Below, piece after piece: positions 19,877 through 29,799 of a DNA stretch of 64,000 bases; position 1 is the stretch's first letter; each line of letters opens with the position of its first letter. Origin of the DNA: Waterburya sp. (lineage in GTDB: Bacteria > Cyanobacteriota > Cyanobacteriia > Cyanobacteriales > Xenococcaceae); the NCBI GenBank assembly GCA_965217895.1, contig CBDCJV010000002.1:2208001-2272000 (forward strand), written 5' to 3'. Both the position numbers and the translations under genes were made by a program. The notes under the pieces were generated by a model that was given only the letters and a program-made list of their open reading frames with translations, ran no database searches and had not been told where the DNA came from.

Positions 19877-20409
19877 TACTGCTCCCCTAAATTAATATTT
19901 TCTTGTACGTACTGTTTAACTATGGTTGTTATTTGACTCAGTACAGTCTCAATTACTTGTCGATCTTTTGTTGTCCATTGACGAGGGTGATTAAACACAG
20001 ATGGTTGCAAAACTCCCCATAGCTGTCCTGGCTCACAGACATGAGCGTGGATTAAGGCTCTGTGTCCAAATGCTTCTGCCTCAAAATCTCTATTTACCAG
20101 CTTCAGGTTAGCGGTTTCTACGTCTTCTACATAGATAGAGGGCTGACAGTTTAAAGCTGCTTGAAACAGCGGATCTCTGGCTGCCAAACCTGATGATTCT
20201 TGTTGCCATTTCTCTGTGCTGATGTATGGCACTGTTGAATTTCGGCAATAACAAGAAGCAACCTGACCAAAGCAAGTTTTGGGGTCACGAACATAAAGGA
20301 AACAGCGATCTGCCTCTAAAGAATTGGCGATCGCCACCATCAGTTTTGATAATGTAATGTTCGCTGGGTTTTTAGTATTTAGAATTTTTTGAACGTCGAT
20401 AGTTGACAC
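19876..20409 (-). CDS. Stand-alone GAF domain protein
   Basis: LEADRCFLY, YVEDVE, LWGVL and PRQWT GAF motifs. Confidence 0.85.
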   Translation of the reverse strand: MSTIDVQKILNTKNPANITLSKLMVAIANSLEADRCFLYVRDPKTCFGQVASCYCRNSTVPYISTEKWQQESSGLAARDPLFQAALNCQPSIYVEDVETANLKLVNRDFEAEAFGHRALIHAHVCEPGQLWGVLQPSVFNHPRQWTTKDRQVIETVLSQITTIVKQYVQENINLGEQ

Positions 20410-20532
20410 AATCAGATTATTCTTATTATTATCAAAACAGAAGATAAATTACTCGAACATCATTCATTAGTCATATATTTGCCAAAATCAGGATCTAGCA
20501 ATCGCTAATATTCCTATGCAGTAGAAGAATTG

Positions 20533-21606
20533 TTAATTATTAACTGACATACTCAGACAATAAGCTGCTAGAATCTCAATGCAGTTAGAGATCGCACATA
20601 GATGAGCAATTTCGTAGCCGTGGGTGTTTTGAGTTGGAAAACTTAAACAAGCTCCCCGACAGACATGACCAAACTTCATGGCGATCGAAGCATCACTCCC
20701 AAAACCATCGATAACTGCTAGCTGAAGGGGAATATTAGCTTTAGTAGCTGCCAGACGAATCTCTGCATTGAGATATTCATCATAAATACCATAGCTATCT
20801 TGAGAGAGCAATACTGGAGCTATTCCTGATTCAATCGGATACTCGTCGGCTAAAGGACAAATTTCTAAGGCAATTAAAGCTTCTAGCTTTTGGTTTTGGG
20901 TAAAGTACAATGCGCCAATTGCCCCTACTTCTTCTTTGGCTGAAGCGACTAAATAAATATCTACAGGCGGGTTTTTAATTCTAGCAGCCAATTCTAACAA
21001 AATAGCCACAGAAGCTTTATTATCCAGGGTGTAGCTAGCAATATAGTCTTTGAGACGAAAAGGCTGTTTGCGATGTTTACCCACTACTACTCTTGTGCCT
21101 GGGCGTACTCCTAAAGCTGCTAGTTCTTCTAAATCACATTTAGTTTCTACCCAAGCATCCTCCCAGATCAAAGGCGTATCTAACTGTTGAGCTTTTTGGG
21201 GTGACTCGTGGGAAACATGACGAGAGCCAAAAGACAAAATGCCGCTGATAGTTTCTCGATCGCCCAGGATATCTACTACTCCTTCCCCATATACCCAGGG
21301 AAATGAGCCTCCTAAACGGCGCACCTGGAGACAGCCGTTGGGGTCAATGGACTTAACGATCGCGCCAATTTCATCTTTGTGAGCAGTAATAGCGATCGCC
21401 CGATTGCCATCTTGACCAGGAATTTTGGCAATTATGTTACCTGCTGAGTCCTGACAGTGTTCGACATTTAAAGCAGTAAAGCGATCGACTAGCTCTCGAT
21501 CTATTTCACCTTCCACGCCACTAGGAGAATGAGCTAAAACTAATTCTTTAATCGTGTCAAAAAGGCGATCGTAATCTAAAGCTGGTTTACTACCATTACT
21601 TTCCAT
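20533..21606 (-). CDS. M42 family metallopeptidase
   Basis: SPSGVE, AHKDEIG, LDNK, KEEVG, HGYE. Confidence 0.92.
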   Translation of the reverse strand: MESNGSKPALDYDRLFDTIKELVLAHSPSGVEGEIDRELVDRFTALNVEHCQDSAGNIIAKIPGQDGNRAIAITAHKDEIGAIVKSIDPNGCLQVRRLGGSFPWVYGEGVVDILGDRETISGILSFGSRHVSHESPQKAQQLDTPLIWEDAWVETKCDLEELAALGVRPGTRVVVGKHRKQPFRLKDYIASYTLDNKASVAILLELAARIKNPPVDIYLVASAKEEVGAIGALYFTQNQKLEALIALEICPLADEYPIESGIAPVLLSQDSYGIYDEYLNAEIRLAATKANIPLQLAVIDGFGSDASIAMKFGHVCRGACLSFPTQNTHGYEIAHLCAISNCIEILAAYCLSMSVNN

Positions 21607-21712
21607 TTTGAGGATATTACTGATTTAAAGGATGACATCGATTATAGTACTGTTTGCAGCTCTGTCTTTTTTGAGAAATCAAACTACTCAGCTTTTACTT
21701 CTTGGCAAGAAA

Positions 21713-24208
21713 TTAATCACGAGCAATATCTTCTGATATCCTTTTTTCTGAGCTTTCTGTAATTTCTAAATTCTCTGGATGATTAAGCTGTAGCAGTTTG
21801 CTGGCCTCATCCGCAGCTAGAGGACGACCAAACCAAAACCCCTGCATTTGTTGACAATCCAATTTGCGTAGCAAATCTACTTGCTCTTCAGTTTCTACTC
21901 CTTCTGCCACTACTCTTAAGTCAAATCCTTCGCCCAATTCTATTAATGCAGCTACAATTGCTAAATCCTGAGGATTATCAGTTAATTGTTGAACCAGAGA
22001 ACGATCTATTTTCAGTGTATTTAAAGGAAACTGCTTGAGATATTCCAGAGTCGAAAATCCTGCTGTAAAACTATCAACGGCAATATGCACCCCTAAAGAA
22101 TGTAGCTGGTTTAGTATATAATTACTATGATCTATGCTTTCCATTAAGCTGATGGCACTGATCTCAAGCTCCAATAATTGAGGTTCTAAAGCCGTTTCTG
22201 CCAGTATTTCGGCGATTTTTTGGGTTAAATCAGGCTGTTGAAATTGAACAGCCGATAAACTTACCGTAATTTTGGCTGATGGTAATCCTTGTGATTGCCA
22301 AGCCTTATTTTGGCTACAGGCTTGACGAATTGCCCATTCTCCAATTGGTATAATTAATTTTGACTTTTCGGCTGATTTAATAAAATTGGTGGGAGTAACT
22401 AAGCCCAATTCTGGGTGTTTCCAGCGCAACAAAGCTTCAATAGCCTCTAATTTGCCAGTGTCAACATTAATTTGTGGCTGATAGTACAGTCTAAACTCTT
22501 CTTTATCTAATCCTTGTTTAAGCAAGGCTTCCATTTCTAAAGCTACTAAAGCTTGAGAATTCATTGCTTCATCGTAAAACTGATAGCTATTTTTGTTTTG
22601 ACGAGCGCGTTCTAATGCGGTGTTAGCACTGGCTAATAAAATCTCCCCTTCATCACCGTCTTGAGGATAAATTGCAATACCAGTAGTACTATTGGCATTA
22701 ACCCTAGTTTCGCCAATCTTGAAAGATTGCCCAATTAATTCTTTGATTCTCTGATTAATTTTGACTACTTCTTCGACGTTAACAATTTGCGGTAATAGTA
22801 AAGCAAACTTATCTTCCTGCCACTGAATAACCGTATCTCCTGCACGTAAACAGGTTTTTAGTCTTTCCTCTAAAGTAGATAACAACTGATTAACTTTGTC
22901 TGTACCAATAACTGCTTGAATATCGGTCAAAGAATTAAGCTGGCAAAACATTACTGCCAAAAGCTTTTGACTTCTTTTAGCATTGGCGATCGCCGTTATT
23001 AGCTGTTGGTTAAATATTTCTCTTTCAGATAATTTTACTGAAACAACAGAACTATCAGGTTGAATCCTCGATTCGGCTTGATTCTTAATCATCAAGCATA
23101 TTTTTTCATCTGTCTGAGAACTAATCAAGCTTATGTTTACAAGCGCATTGACTATATTGCCATTTTGCTTTTTAAATAAACAGTCTCCAGTATAGCCTTG
23201 CTTTTCGGCGATTACTCTTTGAAGAACTGTGGCAAACTGATTTGATTCATTGCTCAACTCATAGACGTTCATCTGTAGCATTTCCACATCAGAATACCCT
23301 AGCAGATCCCTACAGGCTAAGTTAGATTCCACTATTTGCTTAGTTGCCGATTCAGCTATGATAATTCCTTCAGTAATTTGTTCAGTTATTTGGTTATAAA
23401 AAGTTGTTTTTTGCTGTAGTTTGATCTCCAAGGTTTTTTGAGCGGTGATATCTACCATATAATTCCTAATTGCTCTTTTTTCTGGCAAATAATAAGCAGT
23501 TTGCTGAAAGGTTTTATTGCCTACTTTGACCTCACGAGTAATTATATTATTGTCACCCTGATGGTATTTAGCAATTAAATTGGCTAATAAAGGATGATTT
23601 AGTTTTTGATGATGTATATCTTTAAAATTAATAATACCAGCCGAATTAATGTAGATGATATTGCCGTATAAATCTATTTCTATAATTGGCTGCGGACTAA
23701 GCTCCGCTAGAGAAGCTTGCTGTGAAGAAGCAAGAGGCTTGGATATACTTGCTTCTGGCTGAGAAACTTCTGAGGAATTAACAATCGTATCTTTGTTGAC
23801 TAGATCGTTTACTGGTAGCAAACTAGGCTTGATTTGCTGCCCAGAAGAAGTATTTTTGGCTGAATTAGCAGATGTTCGATATGTAGCCTGAGCGTCTGCA
23901 CTAAACTGAATCGTATCTCCCGATTTTAATTCGTGAACTAAGCTTTTTTTGCCATTAACATAAATTCCATTACGACTTCTATTGCCCTGTAAATCTCCAT
24001 CTAGTACCCAATAAGAACATTTGTTAGTTTTTAGATCGGTTCTGCGCAAGAGAGTGGCATGATTGCGAGAAGTCTTTTGGCAAGAAAGAACAATATCATT
24101 ACTAGAGTGCCGACCAATAGAATAAGTTGCAGCATCAAGGTTAATTTCTTTTTTGAAAGAAGGATCTTCAATTACCAATATGTGGTGTAACTGATCTAGA
24201 CTATCCAT
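21713..24208 (-). CDS. FHA-PAS-PAS-GGDEF-EAL protein with degenerate catalytic motifs
   Basis: FHA (IGR, SRNHA, SRNG); GGDEF site reads QEDKF; EAL present but DDFGTG reads DSFTAG. Confidence 0.9.
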   Translation of the reverse strand: MDSLDQLHHILVIEDPSFKKEINLDAATYSIGRHSSNDIVLSCQKTSRNHATLLRRTDLKTNKCSYWVLDGDLQGNRSRNGIYVNGKKSLVHELKSGDTIQFSADAQATYRTSANSAKNTSSGQQIKPSLLPVNDLVNKDTIVNSSEVSQPEASISKPLASSQQASLAELSPQPIIEIDLYGNIIYINSAGIINFKDIHHQKLNHPLLANLIAKYHQGDNNIITREVKVGNKTFQQTAYYLPEKRAIRNYMVDITAQKTLEIKLQQKTTFYNQITEQITEGIIIAESATKQIVESNLACRDLLGYSDVEMLQMNVYELSNESNQFATVLQRVIAEKQGYTGDCLFKKQNGNIVNALVNISLISSQTDEKICLMIKNQAESRIQPDSSVVSVKLSEREIFNQQLITAIANAKRSQKLLAVMFCQLNSLTDIQAVIGTDKVNQLLSTLEERLKTCLRAGDTVIQWQEDKFALLLPQIVNVEEVVKINQRIKELIGQSFKIGETRVNANSTTGIAIYPQDGDEGEILLASANTALERARQNKNSYQFYDEAMNSQALVALEMEALLKQGLDKEEFRLYYQPQINVDTGKLEAIEALLRWKHPELGLVTPTNFIKSAEKSKLIIPIGEWAIRQACSQNKAWQSQGLPSAKITVSLSAVQFQQPDLTQKIAEILAETALEPQLLELEISAISLMESIDHSNYILNQLHSLGVHIAVDSFTAGFSTLEYLKQFPLNTLKIDRSLVQQLTDNPQDLAIVAALIELGEGFDLRVVAEGVETEEQVDLLRKLDCQQMQGFWFGRPLAADEASKLLQLNHPENLEITESSEKRISEDIARD

Positions 24209-24660
24209 TGTATTGTTAGGGTTTAATGTGTTTATCTCGCTTTGACAATCAATAAGAGTCAGAGATTACTCCGCCCTAAACGGACGAAGCCTGCTCTGAC
24301 CGTTGGTCAATCAGCCATTAGAGTAGAATTCGTTATAAGAAAGAAGATAAAGTAGTCTCTGATTTTTAGAAATAATAATAACTTAAGTACGCATTTCTAA
24401 TAGACTGTCGTAAATTAAAGATTAAAACAATTAATTATACTTTTCATATTTTGATTCCTCGACACCGAAAATAGTGTCGAAAAACCTAATTTCTGTAATG
24501 TTAATTGCAAGTTATAAACTGACTTACCATATATTTATTAGACGCATTAGATGTTATTGACAGCTTATTGAATTACAGTAGCTGTTTATATTGTTCCCGA
24601 AAGCCAGAAAAAATTATCAGCCAGAATACAATTATCCATTTCTTATTATTAATGAATAGC

Positions 24661-24780
24661 TAATCTTGAGCAAATACTGGTGAATTTGCGGTTAGCCAAT
24701 GCAGTTAATCAAGAATAGGCTGGGAGAGATGAATGGTAAATTAATTAATGTTGGTAAGGGTTTGGAGTACAGCGATCGCC
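24661..24780 (+). repeat. Copy 1 of a 120-bp direct repeat (duplicated comM upstream region plus first 11 codons)
   Basis: 105/120 identical to 25766-25885 by manual alignment, no gaps. Confidence 0.95.
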
Positions 24781-24898
24781 TATCTATAATTAGCTTTTGA
24801 CATAATCATTTTATTTCGATAGCTTTAATCAATCATGCTGTTATGGCTATGAGAAAGTATGCTTTTGCTTTTAAGAAACAATAGGGTTTTTCATCAGG

Positions 24899-24912
24899 GG
24901 ACAAAAATGTCC
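24899..24912. promoter_or_regulatory. Putative HicB operator palindrome
   Basis: GGACA-AAAA-TGTCC just upstream of hicA. Confidence 0.45.
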
Positions 24913-24928
24913 TTGGGTGATACAATGT

Positions 24929-25141
24929 ATGAAAGGAAGAGAGTTTGTCAAGAAAGTCAAAAAGTTGGGTGAGCAACTTAACGTCAATGTTCGGGTAGAG
25001 CAAAAACGGGGCAAAGGTAGCCACGTAACTCTCTATTTTGGAGAAAAATTCACCATTGTACGAAATCTTAAAGACGAACTCAAAACAGGTACTTTCAATG
25101 CAATGTTAAAACAACTAGGAATAAAAAAAGATGAAATCTAG
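24929..25141 (+). CDS. hicA: HicA mRNA interferase toxin
   Basis: Small basic protein with RGKGSH and ELKTGT..MLKQLG; start placed at MKGREF. Confidence 0.9.
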   Translation: MKGREFVKKVKKLGEQLNVNVRVEQKRGKGSHVTLYFGEKFTIVRNLKDELKTGTFNAMLKQLGIKKDEI

Positions 25142-25586
25142 AAATCACAATACTGAAAATCGTTTTAAGTTTCCTGCTACCTTAACTCCTGATACAGATG
25201 ATGGTGGTTTTGTCGTCACCTTTCGCGATCTTCCAGAAGCTATTACTCAAGGAGATTCTATCGAAGAAGCTTTGCAGGAAGCATCTGATTGTTTAGATGA
25301 GGCGATCGCAGCTAGAATTGACGATAATATGGATATTCCTTATCCATCTAATAATAAACAGGCGCACGAATATTTGGTTTCTGTTCCTTTGCAAACTGCT
25401 TTGAAGGCTGCGGTAGCTTTAGCAATGCGAGAATCCAATATGACTCAAGTTGAATTAGCTAAAGCCCTTAACACTAAACCAAGAGAAGTAAGACGTATTT
25501 TAAATCCTTATCATGGTACAAAATTAACCAAAATGGAACAAACTCTGGCAGCACTTGGTAAAAAAGTAGAGTTGTGCGTGTTTTGA
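25131..25586 (+). CDS. hicB: HicB antitoxin with C-terminal HTH
   Basis: GGFVVTFRDLPEAITQGDSIEEAL; MTQVELAKAL HTH. Confidence 0.93.
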   Translation: MKSRNHNTENRFKFPATLTPDTDDGGFVVTFRDLPEAITQGDSIEEALQEASDCLDEAIAARIDDNMDIPYPSNNKQAHEYLVSVPLQTALKAAVALAMRESNMTQVELAKALNTKPREVRRILNPYHGTKLTKMEQTLAALGKKVELCVF

Positions 25587-25608
25587 GTAAAAAGAGAGTT
25601 CATTAACT

Positions 25609-25762
25609 AATGTCAGTTCGGGTTAATAGCAATCAGGGTGATTGAATAGTTTAAACCTATAACCTATAACCTATAACGGCTTGGCATTAAATCGAAAAAC
25701 CAAGAAACAATTAATAATCGTAACCAAACAAAAAGGGTTATAGACTATCCTGAATTCACGTT
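25609..25762. mobile_element. Degenerate MITE-like element with imperfect ends and internal (AACCTAT)x3
   Basis: AATGTCAGTTCGGGTTAA vs reverse complement of the right end AACGTGAATTCAGGATAG (12/18). Confidence 0.45.
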
Positions 25763-25765
25763 AAT

Positions 25766-25885
25766 TAATCTTGGGCAAATACTGGTAAATTTGCGGTTAG
25801 CCGATTTAGTCAATCAGGAATAGGCTAGGGTTGATGAATGGTTAATTAATTAATGTTGGCAAGGGTTTGGAGTGCGGCGATCGCC
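25766..25885 (+). repeat. Copy 2 (functional) of the 120-bp direct repeat
   Basis: Contains the comM start codon; similarity ends at HIP1 GCGATCGC(C). Confidence 0.95.
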
Positions 25886-27382
25886 GGTATTGATGCGATT
25901 AAAGTAGGAGTAGAGGTTGATGTTTCTGGAGGACTGCCCAAAATTATCGTTGTCGGACTACCCGACATTGCAGTTCAGGAATCGCGCGAAAGAGTTAAAG
26001 CTGCTCTAAAGAATGCTGATTTTGCTTTTCCTGTGCGTAAGATTGTAATTAATCTTACTCCCGCAGATCTACGTAAAGAAGGACCTTGTTTCGATTTACC
26101 GATTAGTGTGGGCATTTTAGCAGCATCAGAACAGGTAGATCCGCAATTATTGGGAGATCATTTATTTTATGGCGAAGTTTCTCTTGACGGCACTTTAAGA
26201 GCAGTTTCAGGAGTCTTACCCGTTGCAGCAGCAGCCTCTAAAATGGGAATTGCAGGATTGATTGTGCCTCTAGGTAATGCCCAGGAAGCAGCAGTAGTTG
26301 AGGATATCTCTGTATACGGATTTGAAAATTTAGGTCAGGTAGCCAGCTTTCTTAATCAGCCAGACAAGTATAAGCCTGTAGTGCCAGCCGAACAATCACC
26401 TGACCAACAATCTTGGTCACACATACCCAATTTAAAAGATGTTAAGGGACAGGTTCAGGCTCGACGAGCTTTGGAGATTGCAGCAGCAGGGGGACATAAC
26501 CTGATTTTTGTTGGTCCTCCTGGGAGTGGCAAAACCATGTTGGCAAAGCGTCTGCCTGGAATTTTACCCAGTCTTTCTTTTCCTGAAGCTTTGGAAGTTT
26601 CGCAAATTTATTCTGTGGCGGGTTTACTTAAAGATCGAGGTCGATTAATTACGGTCAGACCATTTCGTAGTCCCCACCATTCGGCATCAGGACCATCTTT
26701 AGTAGGTGGCGGTAGCTATCCTCGTCCTGGAGAAATATCTTTGGCACACAAAGGCATACTTTTTTTGGATGAACTGACAGAATTCAAACGCAACGTTTTA
26801 GAATATTTGCGTCAACCCCTTGAAGATGGTCAGGTAACAATTTCGCGTACTCGTCAATCGGTGGTGTTTCCCGCTCAGTTTACATTAATTGCCAGCACCA
26901 ATCCTTGTCCCTGTGGTTACTTTGGCGATTCGATCCAAAATTGTACCTGTTCTCCTCGTCACAGAGAGAACTATTGGGCTAAATTATCAGGACCTCTGAT
27001 GGATCGGATTGATTTACAGGTGGCGGTAAATCGTCTCAAGCCAGAAGAAATGACCAGACAAAGTACGGGCGAAGATTCTGAAGCAGTAAGAATCAGGGTT
27101 ATTGCTGCTCGTAAACTGGCAGAAAAGCGTTTTCAGGGTGAACCAGGAATTAGCTGTAATGCGGAAATGCGATCGCACCATCTGCGAGATTTTTGCGTTT
27201 TAGATGATGCCAGCCGTAACTTATTAGAGGCAGCAATTCGCAAGCTGGGTTTATCTGCTAGAGCAATGGATCGGGTTTTAAAAGTATCTCGGACTATTGC
27301 TGACTTGGCAGGCGATCGCAATTTGCAGAGTAATCATTTAGCAGAAGCAATTCAATATCGCACTATCGATAGGATGCAGTAA
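25853..27382 (+). CDS. comM: YifB/ComM Mg-chelatase-like AAA+ ATPase
   Basis: VQESRERVKAA, GPPGSGKT, FRSPHH, LFLDEL, NPCPCG, SGPLMDRID. Confidence 0.95.
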   Translation: MLARVWSAAIAGIDAIKVGVEVDVSGGLPKIIVVGLPDIAVQESRERVKAALKNADFAFPVRKIVINLTPADLRKEGPCFDLPISVGILAASEQVDPQLLGDHLFYGEVSLDGTLRAVSGVLPVAAAASKMGIAGLIVPLGNAQEAAVVEDISVYGFENLGQVASFLNQPDKYKPVVPAEQSPDQQSWSHIPNLKDVKGQVQARRALEIAAAGGHNLIFVGPPGSGKTMLAKRLPGILPSLSFPEALEVSQIYSVAGLLKDRGRLITVRPFRSPHHSASGPSLVGGGSYPRPGEISLAHKGILFLDELTEFKRNVLEYLRQPLEDGQVTISRTRQSVVFPAQFTLIASTNPCPCGYFGDSIQNCTCSPRHRENYWAKLSGPLMDRIDLQVAVNRLKPEEMTRQSTGEDSEAVRIRVIAARKLAEKRFQGEPGISCNAEMRSHHLRDFCVLDDASRNLLEAAIRKLGLSARAMDRVLKVSRTIADLAGDRNLQSNHLAEAIQYRTIDRMQ

Positions 27383-27452
27383 TTTTTGACTAAATAAGAT
27401 GAACCACTCCAGGACTTCTGACAATCCTCTTCTAAAAACTAGAGCCTCAAGC

Positions 27453-29237
27453 CTATGAATTTGCATTCATAATCAAATTAACCATCAGACTAATAACTGA
27501 AGCGTTAAAGTCGATCGCATTTTCATTAGTAGTATAGGAAAGTTGGTCATCAATATAGCTAAGTTGACCTTTATTGATATACACCATGCCATCTTGGGCT
27601 TTGGCGTTAGGGCCTCCTACTACCAAACCAGTCAGTGAAATATTCTTGGCTCTAGTGTACAGGTTACTAAGGTGCTTCACAGGATTAGTGCCGATACCTG
27701 TAATAAAGGTTTGATCGAAGTGATTGCGTCCTAAAATATAGTCTAGTTGAGCGATCGCACCATTGAAATAAGCCTGATTTTTGGTCAACTGATAAGCATA
27801 AACCAAGGTAACACCATCTTCGGCGGTCATCTTATTAGAACCCCAAATAAAGCGATCATTGGCGATCGCATAGGCACTTTGATTGACATTTGCTAAAATC
27901 AAATCTGCTCGTTGAAGAATTTTAGTTTTAATCTTGGCAACGAGTTCATCTGAAGTTGACTGACGTTGTTGTCGGAGGTAGTCAACCAATGCCAAAGGGG
28001 CAGGATTTTTCCACTCAAATAAAGTGTAATTTACCCGATCTAAATAAGTAGAAAAATACTCAGCAAAGTCTTGTTTTCCTGTAGTGATATACAGTTCCGC
28101 TGCTGCCCAAAGGCGATCGTCTGTATCAGTTTTTAAGCTTTCTTCCTGATTTAAATCTGAAAACAAATATCGATCGGATCCGCTATCGTCTCCTTTTACC
28201 CAGTCCACTTTCATTTCTTGCGTTTGCAAATATTGCCAAGCCGACTCAGCAGCAGCTAAATACTTGGCAGCCATTTCAGGGTTTACAGACTGATAGTTCC
28301 TACTGGCGATCGCCATTACTGCTGCAAACTTGGCTGTTTCAGGGGTAGAAATACCATAAAGATAACGAGGCTGTTTGTCTTGATCGGGAGCTAAATTCAT
28401 CGGCCATTTTTTTCCTGACAACTTGCGATATACAGCCCCGTCCTCCCGCTGCATTTTCAAAAGCCAATCCAAACCAAATGCCATCTCATCGAGCAAGTCC
28501 GATACTCCATTGCCACTTTCGGGAATACTTAACTGACTATCAGGGAATAAAGCTGGATACTGGGCGTAAAGATTGAGCAAATTAGCAATTGTTACCGTAG
28601 TGGTAGCCACATACTTGTTATAAGCTCCCGTGTCATGCCAACCTCCCAAAGCTTGAACGTATGCTCCTGCCGCATGATACTGATCTTGATGAGCTATTAA
28701 CCCATCTTTAACATGACAAGGAGCATGAGATATGCCCGTAATCGGATCGTTTATAGCCACACCACATCTTTGCAGATAATAAGAGCGTAATAGAGTAATC
28801 AAAGGTTGCTGGTAAATATCTGTACCAATTGAAAAGGGCGCAGATTCAAATTTTCCTAGCTTGAGAAAATAAGCACCAGGTTTATTGACGCTACTAAAAT
28901 CGATTGAATAAACTTTGTCCTGAACAACAGGATCTATTTTTCCTCGATCTAAGGGTAATTTAGCGATCGCTTCGCCAGTATTGGAGTCAACTAACTCGGC
29001 AGAATCATTTGCGTCGATCTCCTTAAAATTAAATGCCGTACTTTGGCGAAAAAATGCCACTTTATGCCACTGAGGCAAATATCCTAGCTGATTAACGATA
29101 ATCTCTGGCTTTCGCTCGACAATTCCCGCTTTAGATAAAGTTTTAATATCACTATCTAGACTAGACAGAGCGACAATTAAGGCAGTAAATAAAACTGCAA
29201 TTATGGCAGCTTGTTGTCTAAATTTCATACTTTTCAT
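27453..29237 (-). CDS. Glycoside hydrolase family 9 protein (Ig-like plus catalytic domain)
   Basis: VNQLGY, QRCG, GGWHD, WAAAELY, LDYILGRN, NENAIDFNA. Confidence 0.9.
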   Translation of the reverse strand: MKSMKFRQQAAIIAVLFTALIVALSSLDSDIKTLSKAGIVERKPEIIVNQLGYLPQWHKVAFFRQSTAFNFKEIDANDSAELVDSNTGEAIAKLPLDRGKIDPVVQDKVYSIDFSSVNKPGAYFLKLGKFESAPFSIGTDIYQQPLITLLRSYYLQRCGVAINDPITGISHAPCHVKDGLIAHQDQYHAAGAYVQALGGWHDTGAYNKYVATTTVTIANLLNLYAQYPALFPDSQLSIPESGNGVSDLLDEMAFGLDWLLKMQREDGAVYRKLSGKKWPMNLAPDQDKQPRYLYGISTPETAKFAAVMAIASRNYQSVNPEMAAKYLAAAESAWQYLQTQEMKVDWVKGDDSGSDRYLFSDLNQEESLKTDTDDRLWAAAELYITTGKQDFAEYFSTYLDRVNYTLFEWKNPAPLALVDYLRQQRQSTSDELVAKIKTKILQRADLILANVNQSAYAIANDRFIWGSNKMTAEDGVTLVYAYQLTKNQAYFNGAIAQLDYILGRNHFDQTFITGIGTNPVKHLSNLYTRAKNISLTGLVVGGPNAKAQDGMVYINKGQLSYIDDQLSYTTNENAIDFNASVISLMVNLIMNANS

Positions 29238-29656
29238 TTTTTATTTTTTACTTCATTTTCTAGCCAATTAAGAATTGCTACAGGTAGGTCAACTCTGCTT
29301 CTAATTTGAGGATTAATACAGACATGACTAGTTTTAGCCTTGACTAAAACCTGTGCTAAATTATCAGCCGTAAATATTTGATAAGCGATCGCAAATTCAG
29401 TTAGATTTATTTGCTTAGCAGTAAGCTCGATCTCCAGGCGATCGCCACAAAACAAGGGACGAAAAAAATCTATCTCTGCATGAGTAATTGGTAAGGCAAT
29501 TTCTTGGCCTCGCAACATTTGCTGTAAGCTGATTCCTGCTGCTGTTAAAGACTCTTCATAGGCTTCGTGACAGATTTCTAACCCTCTGGCAAAATAAACT
29601 ACTCCTGCTGCATCAGTATCCGCTAGATAAACTCTGCGTGAATAATTAAATACCAT
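29234..29656 (-). CDS. Hotdog-fold thioesterase, likely 1,4-dihydroxy-2-naphthoyl-CoA hydrolase
   Basis: DTDAAGVVYFA..ICHEAYEESL..PLFCGD. Confidence 0.85.
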   Translation of the reverse strand: MVFNYSRRVYLADTDAAGVVYFARGLEICHEAYEESLTAAGISLQQMLRGQEIALPITHAEIDFFRPLFCGDRLEIELTAKQINLTEFAIAYQIFTADNLAQVLVKAKTSHVCINPQIRSRVDLPVAILNWLENEVKNKK

Positions 29657-29799
29657 TACGGGCTAACTTTTTCTTATTGATTACTGTATAACAACAACTA
29701 TTGACCAATTTGCGATCAAGATTGTTTCCTCTGCATTCAGTAATGGGCAATCTAAAAGAAACACGTTACTAAAAAAGCTTTTTCTTTAATATTTTCTTT

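Noticed and set aside
24260..24320. Possible riboswitch upstream of the GGDEF-EAL gene
   Set aside because: Short hairpins only; no c-di-GMP riboswitch consensus recognised (an Rfam scan would settle it)
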